From positions 4,627 to 68,626 of IMG/VR virus record IMGVR_UViG_3300042261_000976: 64,000 nucleotides of DNA. One strand, written 5' to 3'. The translations under genes and the position numbers were made by a program. Under the pieces are notes generated by a model. The model saw nothing but the letters and a program-made list of their open reading frames with translations. It did no database searches and was not told where the DNA came from. Positions 57,519 through 64,000 of the stretch are shown one piece after another (position 1 is the first letter of the stretch; each line of letters begins with the position of its first letter). This stretch comes from a virus.

Positions 57519-57900
57519 TATTCCAGTCCTCCTCACCGTATGGATCAGCTTCAAGATTGACTATTGGATTTCTCTCTTGTAATATTACAATTTTATCTTC
57601 TGGTCCTGGTGCTATTTTATATGAATTTATATTATTAGGATCTTCGGCAAAATACAAATACCAAGTATTATTATTTCTTATATCACTTGTTGTCAAAACA
57701 ACATCTATTCTTCTAACATTAATTGTATATACACGTTTATTATCATAATATAAATATATTCTTATTCTTTTCCCCATGTATTTTTCACGAAGAAAAACTA
57801 AAATTAATTTGGCATCTATTTTCTCAAATCCTCCATTTTTTTCTATTATCTCAGCAACTGTTGTTGGATCTATTTCTTCATATTTTTCCTTAAATTTCAT
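57511..57900 (-). CDS. hypothetical protein ending ..EADPYGEEDWNND
   Basis: C-terminal motif. Confidence 0.45.
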   Translation of the reverse strand: MKFKEKYEEIDPTTVAEIIEKNGGFEKIDAKLILVFLREKYMGKRIRIYLYYDNKRVYTINVRRIDVVLTTSDIRNNNTWYLYFAEDPNNINSYKIAPGPEDKIVILQERNPIVNLEADPYGEEDWNND

Positions 57901-57996
57901 GATTAATTTTAGATTTACTCTATATATAAAAAAACGAATATAAACTTTTCGACCCTTTGTCTATATAAAAAAGAACTAAAAAATAATTACATATGA

Positions 57997-58962
57997 ATGA
58001 TTAAATTTGATTTACTAATTGATGGAAATTATCTTCTACAAAAATCAGTACATATACTTCACAAAAATAAAATACTAGCTTCTGAATTATACAACGTAAT
58101 AGAAAGAGACTACATTACACTTACAAAATTATATCCCTTCGACAAAATATACTTTATATCTGATAGTTTTAAAAACTGGAGAAAAGAATTTTTCAATGAT
58201 TATAAAGGAACAAGAAAACGCGATGATAAAATAGATTGGGAATTTGTATATAGTGAATTCTCCAAACTAAAAGAATATCTCAAATCGAAAAGGAATTGCA
58301 TTCAATATCAAATTGAAAGTCTTGAAGGCGATGATATAATAGCGTATTTAACTAATACATTGAACAATAAAGGACATTCTGTTTTCATTATGTCTAATGA
58401 TAGTGACTTATTTCAACTAATACACTATGACACAGATAAGAGATATATTAATATGATGTATAACTCTAAAATGACAGATGATAAAATATACATACCACAA
58501 CACTACACTATATTTACGAAATATATTAAAGACACATATGTTGATGATATGTTTGAAGATAACAACGAAATAGAATTCTTAGAATTTCTTAATAATTTTA
58601 CGAGAACAAGAAAAATATCTTATATTGACTCTGAAATGGAACTTTTCCAAAAAATAATGGGACATAATAAAGATAACATAAAGTCTGTTTATATGAGAGG
58701 AGATCGTGGTATTGGAAAGAATGGTATAGATAAGATATATAAAATGTATAAAGATACTTATCCAGAACCAATTGATTTTAATTCTGAAATTTTCAAACAA
58801 AGAATAATAGATCATATAAAACTATATAAAAGATTAAAAGATAGCTCTATGGATGATTCTATGAATGAGAGATTGAAAAGGAATATGAAACTTGTCAAAT
58901 TGGATAAAGATTCTATGCCTGAATATCTTTATAAAAATATGGTAAAGGAGATTAAACTATGA
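57997..58962 (+). CDS. rnh: T4-type RNase H / 5'-3' flap exonuclease (FEN family)
   Basis: LLIDGNYLLQKS; ISDS..WRKEFFNDYKGTRK; GDDIIAYL; SNDSDLFQL collinear with T4 rnh motifs. Confidence 0.75.
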   Translation: MIKFDLLIDGNYLLQKSVHILHKNKILASELYNVIERDYITLTKLYPFDKIYFISDSFKNWRKEFFNDYKGTRKRDDKIDWEFVYSEFSKLKEYLKSKRNCIQYQIESLEGDDIIAYLTNTLNNKGHSVFIMSNDSDLFQLIHYDTDKRYINMMYNSKMTDDKIYIPQHYTIFTKYIKDTYVDDMFEDNNEIEFLEFLNNFTRTRKISYIDSEMELFQKIMGHNKDNIKSVYMRGDRGIGKNGIDKIYKMYKDTYPEPIDFNSEIFKQRIIDHIKLYKRLKDSSMDDSMNERLKRNMKLVKLDKDSMPEYLYKNMVKEIKL

Positions 58963-59378
58963 CTCTTAAAGAATGGATAAAAAAAGTAGTATATGGTATA
59001 GAGCCTGTGGTTGACATACCAAACATCGAACCTATTGTTCAAGGAAATGTTAGAAGATATGTGATTCCAGTTGGCGGAATGACAAGAAAGGAAGCAGAAC
59101 GCCAAATAGTGGAGTTGATGAACACATACAACGATGATGTTAAATGGGACGAAAACAACGGAGAATTAAATATAAATGGAAATACACAAATTCCATTTCA
59201 AAAGGATTATTGGTTTCCTCAAGAAAATTGGTCAAAAACATATAAGAAATTTGTGAAATCTTTTACACCAGAACAGCAAAAGATGATGGAAGAATCTAGA
59301 TTAATTTATAATAGGTGTGGACCACATCACCCAAGAAGAGTATTTACTATACCAATAGGCAAGAAAAAAGAGGACTAA
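58959..59378 (+). CDS. hypothetical protein
   Basis: ATGA-coupled to rnh. Confidence 0.4.
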   Translation: MTLKEWIKKVVYGIEPVVDIPNIEPIVQGNVRRYVIPVGGMTRKEAERQIVELMNTYNDDVKWDENNGELNINGNTQIPFQKDYWFPQENWSKTYKKFVKSFTPEQQKMMEESRLIYNRCGPHHPRRVFTIPIGKKKED

Positions 59379-59392
59379 GTCCTCTTTTTTAT
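59366..59392 (+). terminator. hairpin gaggac-taa-gtcctc + T6
   Basis: right after stop of 58959..59378. Confidence 0.45.
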
Positions 59393-59724
59393 ATCTGTAT
59401 TTTTTTAATACAAGTTCTTTTATCGTCTGTTATTCTCATCAAATACAATCCCTTAGATAGTTTTTTATTAATAATATCTTCTTTATTTATTTGCTCGTCT
59501 ATGACTTTCATTCCCAATATATCATATATTGTATATTGAATTGGTTCGTCAGTCTTTATAAAAAAATCAACACTATCATTGTTTGATTTTATATATACTT
59601 CAACTTTATAACTTTCAGTCGTAACACTTGTCCATTTTTCATTAGAATTTAATGAAAAAGATCTTTGTATTCCACCCAAAAACATTAAGATAGAAAATAC
59701 AAATAATAATAAAATTCTTTTCAT
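59389..59724 (-). CDS. secreted protein with signal peptide and Por/T9SS C-terminal sorting domain
   Basis: start at MKRILLLFVFSILMFLGG (59724); C-term YTIYDILGMKVIDEQ..KLSKGLYLMRITDDKRTCIKKIQI matches T9SS CTD pattern. Confidence 0.55.
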   Translation of the reverse strand: MKRILLLFVFSILMFLGGIQRSFSLNSNEKWTSVTTESYKVEVYIKSNNDSVDFFIKTDEPIQYTIYDILGMKVIDEQINKEDIINKKLSKGLYLMRITDDKRTCIKKIQI

Positions 59725-59760
59725 AAGCAATTTATTTTTTTTTAATCCATATATATAAAA

Positions 59761-59792
59761 AACAAAATCCGTCTTTTCAGACGGATTTTGTA
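59761..59792 (-). terminator. hairpin aaatccgtct-tttc-agacggattt
   Basis: 10-bp stem 3' of gene 59798..60316. Confidence 0.45.
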
Positions 59793-59797
59793 ATTTA

Positions 59798-60316
59798 TTA
59801 ATTATCATACTCTTTTGTTCCTTCAAGTCGGCTTTTGAATTCTTCCAGAACTATTTGCAAGCTAGATGTTATATTGCCTAAAATTTCTTTTTCCATTTTA
59901 TCTCTATCTTCTTTAACTTTATCATCAAACATTCTGCTCATTTTTGATGATGTTTTTTCTGGTAGATCAATATCATATCTATATTGGTGATTTACTATAG
60001 TTAATTTACCGCTTTCGAGAATAAGAAATGTGTTTATTTCGTTATTTATAACATATTGTTTGCTAACGATATATTTCTTATATGACATTCCAACATTCAA
60101 ATATCTTATATTATTTTCGTCATTCAAAGATATTTTGAATATGTCAAAAGCTAATTTTTGAACTGGGTTCAAAACATCGTCTTTATCTATTTTTTTCCAG
60201 ATGTTTTGAAATGTTCTGGATAATAGATTTTTTCTTTTTATAGAGGACGTATCGTCCTCCATTCTTACTGGTTTTTCCATCTTAATTTTGTTTAACAGGA
60301 TAAATTCTAACATCAC
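59798..60316 (-). CDS. hypothetical protein
   Basis: track ORF. Confidence 0.45.
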   Translation of the reverse strand: MMLEFILLNKIKMEKPVRMEDDTSSIKRKNLLSRTFQNIWKKIDKDDVLNPVQKLAFDIFKISLNDENNIRYLNVGMSYKKYIVSKQYVINNEINTFLILESGKLTIVNHQYRYDIDLPEKTSSKMSRMFDDKVKEDRDKMEKEILGNITSSLQIVLEEFKSRLEGTKEYDN

Positions 60317-60509
60317 ATCCCATATCAGGATACTTCAATTTAAGAACCTCATGGGCTGTTCTGTAGGCCAATCTCATAGAGAAATCTTTGATTTCAAAGG
60401 CGTCGACTATTTTATCTCCGCCTTTGTTATCGTCTATGTAAGCCATACATTTATAATTCTTCCTGTAGCGGATAATTTTGTTAAAAATTTCAGATACAAA
60501 ATTTTCCAT
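60282..60509 (-). CDS. hypothetical small protein
   Basis: track ORF overlapping previous. Confidence 0.3.
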   Translation of the reverse strand: MENFVSEIFNKIIRYRKNYKCMAYIDDNKGGDKIVDAFEIKDFSMRLAYRTAHEVLKLKYPDMGCDVRIYPVKQN

Positions 60510-60555
60510 ATATCTTTATTATTTTTCTTATTATATTATAATAAGATTCAAAAGT

Positions 60556-61074
60556 TTACTTTTTTGGATTTATCATAACCCAAAGTCTTTTCCCGTCCAT
60601 CTTCGGTAAAGATTCAGCCTTACCATATTCCGATAATGCATCAATGAACTTAAGCAATAAGATATTACCAATATCCGTATAGTTATTCTCTCTTCCAGAG
60701 AAGAAAACTGAAGCCTTTACTTTATCTCCTTCCTGGAGAAAACTAATAGCATGTCTCAACTTAAAGTTGAAGTCGTGATCTCCGGTGTTATAAGTAAATC
60801 TTAATTCTTTAACTTTAACTTTTTTATTATTTTGTTTTTGAAGCTTGTCTTTTTGTTTCCTTTCATATAAAAGTTTACCATAATCAACTATCTTACATAT
60901 AGGAGGTTTTGCATTCGGTGAAATTTCTACTAAATCTAACCCCATTTCATCGGCAACCTTTAATGCCTCTTGGATGCTAACTACTTTAGTTTCAATTCCT
61001 TCACCGACGATTCTTACTTCGTCTACTCCTCTAATCTGTTTGTTGATTCTTTCTGTTGCTTCTTTTTTGTTCAT
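60556..61074 (-). CDS. infC: translation initiation factor IF-3
   Basis: VVSIQEALKVADEMGLDLVEISPNAKPPICKIVDYGKLLYE..VKELRF..GDHDF..KLRHAISFL collinear with bacterial IF-3; no rpmI/rplT downstream. Confidence 0.8.
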   Translation of the reverse strand: MNKKEATERINKQIRGVDEVRIVGEGIETKVVSIQEALKVADEMGLDLVEISPNAKPPICKIVDYGKLLYERKQKDKLQKQNNKKVKVKELRFTYNTGDHDFNFKLRHAISFLQEGDKVKASVFFSGRENNYTDIGNILLLKFIDALSEYGKAESLPKMDGKRLWVMINPKK

Positions 61075-61100
61075 TTTTTCCTTTTTTTTTTGTTTTTTTT

Positions 61101-61385
61101 TTAATAAAGTCCGTCAACTCTAAAAATTATATCGTCTTCTATATCTTGACGATTAAGACCTTTCCTTGTAGAAACCATTACTCTATAAGGATCGTATTCT
61201 GGATTCTCCCACTCGGGAAGAGGCCATTCTTTTCCATCCATCTCTTTTACTACTATTCTAAATCTCATATCCAAACCAGACATTAACATTATATCTACAA
61301 CTTCTCCTAGAGAATTTGTGATTAAAAAATCAAAACTTGGCGGATCTGTACTAACTGGATATTTGTAAGGATATACATATTTCAT
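61101..61385 (-). CDS. hypothetical protein
   Basis: track ORF. Confidence 0.4.
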   Translation of the reverse strand: MKYVYPYKYPVSTDPPSFDFLITNSLGEVVDIMLMSGLDMRFRIVVKEMDGKEWPLPEWENPEYDPYRVMVSTRKGLNRQDIEDDIIFRVDGLY

Positions 61386-61789
61386 ACTAATTCCGGATTA
61401 TGTTTTAAGAAATTACGTACATAACTTCTAATATTAGCAGCCCCAATATTGTTGAAGGAATGAACCATTATAGTTGGAAATTTTTCATTATTATCCAAAC
61501 AATAATCACACAACCACTTGGCACACTCATACCCTGTTTTTTCTTTATAAGAGAAGTAATCAATAACTCCATCTACAGACCAAAGCATATCATCTCTACC
61601 ATAATGTTCATCAGCTAAATCATGATCGAAAGAAACAAGACTGGGGACTCCTTCATTCTGAATAATCTTGACGAAATTTTCATAATTTCTAACTATGATC
61701 CATTCTAGCTTAGAATATCTTGTGTCTCTCATATAATTGAAGGCATCAAGCGGGACACGTATATCATCAAGAAATAAATTGTAATTCAT
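61382..61789 (-). CDS. hypothetical protein
   Basis: ATGA-coupled. Confidence 0.45.
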   Translation of the reverse strand: MNYNLFLDDIRVPLDAFNYMRDTRYSKLEWIIVRNYENFVKIIQNEGVPSLVSFDHDLADEHYGRDDMLWSVDGVIDYFSYKEKTGYECAKWLCDYCLDNNEKFPTIMVHSFNNIGAANIRSYVRNFLKHNPELV

Positions 61790-61851
61790 TTAATAATTTT
61801 CTATTAATAATGTTACAAAATTACACATTTGTTCTGAAATAAAAAAATATT

Positions 61852-62007
61852 AAGCAACTTCTTTTTGATTATACAATTTAGTTGTATCCTCTTGGGCTAG
61901 AGTCTCTAATACTTCTCTTTCATCTTTTGTTAACTCATATCCCTTTGATAATTCCTCAATAAAGTTTTGTAATACAACAGTAATTTTGTTTTCTTTATTA
62001 TCCATTA
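61852..62007 (-). CDS. small ORF (51 aa) MDNKENKITVVLQNFIEELSKGYELTKDE..
   Basis: ATG ORF below track cutoff in otherwise empty gap. Confidence 0.25.
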
Positions 62008-62149
62008 TTATTTTAACTTATTTTTTGTTCTTTGTTTGAAAAATAATTGAATGATTAAATGCCTAAATATAAATAAGTTAAATGAAAGCTTACAATTTTA
62101 TAATTTTCGTTATATATCGATATTTTATATCAGATATTTTCTATTTTGC

Positions 62150-63259
62150 TTAAAATTCCTTTTTATCAATGCTTTTATAGAAGTTTTCTGAATTATAATA
62201 TTTTTTATATACTTCGATAACCTTGTCTAATGTTATATCGTTAATGTTCTTTTCAATTGACCAACTTTCTGGTTTTATATAAGTTTCCACATTACTATGT
62301 CTATTTATCTCTACTGTATCTATTTTATTCAATATGGAGTTTTTTACTTGATTGAATTTATCTTCTGTTAAAAAAGAAGTATAATCATCTAGAGTTTCGT
62401 CTAATTTGTCCATTAGATTATATACCTTATAATCATCAGTTTCAGTAGATATTATATTAACTCCGGAATAATCACTCAATCTATCTAGAGTACATCTTAT
62501 GTAATAAGACATGCCTGATTTTTTTCTTATATTCTTATATAATGGAGAGTTCAATCCATTTGATAATAGATAATTTATAAAAAACGCTGCCGCCCAGTCG
62601 CTTTCAACTATAGTTGAAAAATATATTATTGAAGACTTATTAAGAAGAGTTTTATATTTCTCTATATATATATTTCCTGTAATGTTGTATTGAACATGGT
62701 AATCGTTCTTAAAATCATTGAATTTTATTTCGTCTTCAAAATCATTATTCTTAGAAACATTTATTATTTTTGAAGGTGTTTTATAGTATTTATTGAAATA
62801 CTCTATACAATCTGATATTTTTATATTTTCCAGATCTTTTTTGTTTCCAATGGAGTTATAGGTATTAAACAATTTTCTATATAGATTCAATAGATGTGAA
62901 GAACTTTGAATATTAAAAATACCAGTGTATTCTTCCAAAAGAGAATCCTTTACTATTTGAAAATCTTTATCTGAAATGTTTATATAAGACAATCTATGTA
63001 AGAATTGTTTTTTGTATTTTGATACATATTTATCAAGTCCATTTAAATAGAATACTATATTTGTTGGAGATGTATAAGCATTCCAAGATAAACCGTTGTT
63101 TTGAAATTCTTCTACGATGTTATCTTCGAAGTTATGACTTATTATGTGTTCTATTAGGTGAGATATTCCATGAGTTCCTTCTACTTCATTTATGGCGGTC
63201 CTATTATATACGACGTAGAATCCTGACAATTCTGTTTGACTCTTTATGTTTAGAATCAT
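62150..63259 (-). CDS. M16 (pitrilysin/insulinase) family peptidase-like protein
   Basis: inverted zinc motif HxxEH (GISHLIEHII) near N-terminus. Confidence 0.55.
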   Translation of the reverse strand: MILNIKSQTELSGFYVVYNRTAINEVEGTHGISHLIEHIISHNFEDNIVEEFQNNGLSWNAYTSPTNIVFYLNGLDKYVSKYKKQFLHRLSYINISDKDFQIVKDSLLEEYTGIFNIQSSSHLLNLYRKLFNTYNSIGNKKDLENIKISDCIEYFNKYYKTPSKIINVSKNNDFEDEIKFNDFKNDYHVQYNITGNIYIEKYKTLLNKSSIIYFSTIVESDWAAAFFINYLLSNGLNSPLYKNIRKKSGMSYYIRCTLDRLSDYSGVNIISTETDDYKVYNLMDKLDETLDDYTSFLTEDKFNQVKNSILNKIDTVEINRHSNVETYIKPESWSIEKNINDITLDKVIEVYKKYYNSENFYKSIDKKEF

Positions 63260-63353
63260 TACACAAGGTTTTTATTTTTATATATTTATTTTTGTTACTG
63301 ACTTTTTGATAAAAGTTTTTTTATATATAGAACAAAAAGTTTTTATTAATAAT

Positions 63354-64000
63354 GTGGGTTAAAGATTCAAACACTTGGGTACTAAAGGATAGGAAATTAT
63401 ATTTGTCATCAGATAATAGTACAGTAACCACCGGTATAACAATCGGAGTTGAATCCGAAACTGGAATTACATTCAATCCGTGTGTTGATAATAGATGTGT
63501 GGCTTGGTATGATTTTTCTAATCCATTGAACTTAAGTGTAGATAATAATTTCAAAGTAAGTAAGGTTTCAGATAAAGTAAATAATTATGATTTGACTCAA
63601 TCGAATGCTCTTTATAGACCATTATATACCACAGATGGAGTTAAATTTGATGGTATTGAGACATATATGACAAATAGAGATATAGATAAACCCCAACCAA
63701 CAACATATTATATTGTTGCAAGATATATGGGTTCTTCTGACGGTATGATATTCGATGCCATGGATTATGTTAGAAACGCTTTCTATGTCGATGATGGAAA
63801 TTATTCTATGTATGCCACTGGATGGGGAACCACATCAATACCGGTTAATAATGACTTATCCATATATGTAGTGATTTTCAATTTTGAAAGTTCTACGACT
63901 ACTGTCGGTGATACGACCGCAGGTGTAAATTTGACTTCATCACAAGCCAATTTAAGTGGAATAACAATTGGAACAAATTATTTAGACAATGATTATTTTG
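63354..64000 (+). CDS. 5'-partial CDS, hypothetical S/T/N-rich (possibly structural/fibre) protein
   Basis: ATG 63354, frame open 215 codons to window end. Confidence 0.45.

Noticed and set aside
1-64000. Giant eukaryotic virus (Mimiviridae-like NCLDV) origin. This was suggested by AT-richness, Hsp70, MVP, the RuvC/A22-like resolvase and the paralog families.
   Set aside because: No AAAATTGA-type early promoter was found. The terminators are bacterial-style hairpins with strand-specific T-runs. The window contains a T4-type RNase H, an Amidase_2 lysin, a G/GT-like frameshift with a tape-measure-like gene, IF-3 of bacterial type and a T9SS sorting-domain protein. Huge phage fits better, though NCLDV is not fully excluded.
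1-64000. Genome-wide stop-codon recoding (TGA or TAG read as sense), as in some huge phages
   Set aside because: Many very long ORFs (1335, 981, 805, 762 and 729 aa) are intact under the standard code. The in-frame TGA at 20093 and the double TAA at 52615/52630 are isolated events.
1-64000. CRISPR arrays, tRNA or rRNA genes
   Set aside because: No regularly spaced direct repeats were found. No T-loop (GGTTCGAATCC-like) or cloverleaf candidates were found in the intergenic gaps. The only structured RNA candidate is the group I intron.

Overview
This is a 64-kb, very AT-rich window (roughly 25-30% GC by eye) that is extremely gene-dense. It holds about 95 ORFs on both strands and is roughly 90% coding. 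Adjacent genes often share ATGA stop/start overlaps, and convergent gene ends carry hairpin-plus-T-run terminators.

The gene content is not cellular core. It mixes T4-like phage DNA-metabolism and lysis functions with auxiliary genes of the kind seen in huge/jumbo phages.

- **T4-like phage functions:** a T4-type RNase H/FEN, a RuvC-like resolvase, a DinG/XPD FeS helicase, dUTPase, an Amidase_2 endolysin-like enzyme, a homing-endonuclease-like PD-(D/E)xK nuclease, and a 1335-aa repeat membrane protein that is tape-measure-like and preceded by a G/GT-like -1 frameshift pair.
- **Auxiliary genes:** DnaK interrupted by a group I intron, a DnaJ-type zinc-finger protein, IF-3, AdoMetDC, a MazG-NMNAT fusion, a hybrid sensor kinase, a major-vault-protein homolog, and a TPM-domain protein.

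A Por/T9SS C-terminal sorting-domain protein hints at a Bacteroidota host.

The most striking observation concerns two recurring peptide signatures. At least 14 otherwise unrelated ORFs carry an identical DPYGEE-x-W peptide, usually at a terminus. About 30 ORFs begin with a leader of the form M-x-K-x-[FY]-x-E-[FY]..(I/L)xE, which resembles the phage T4 capsid-targeting sequence. Together these suggest a large, previously undescribed battery of tagged proteins that may be packaged into the capsid and ejected into the host.

Best overall call: a segment of a huge tailed phage or prophage genome. An origin in nucleocytoplasmic large DNA viruses (NCLDV, giant viruses) was considered and judged less likely.
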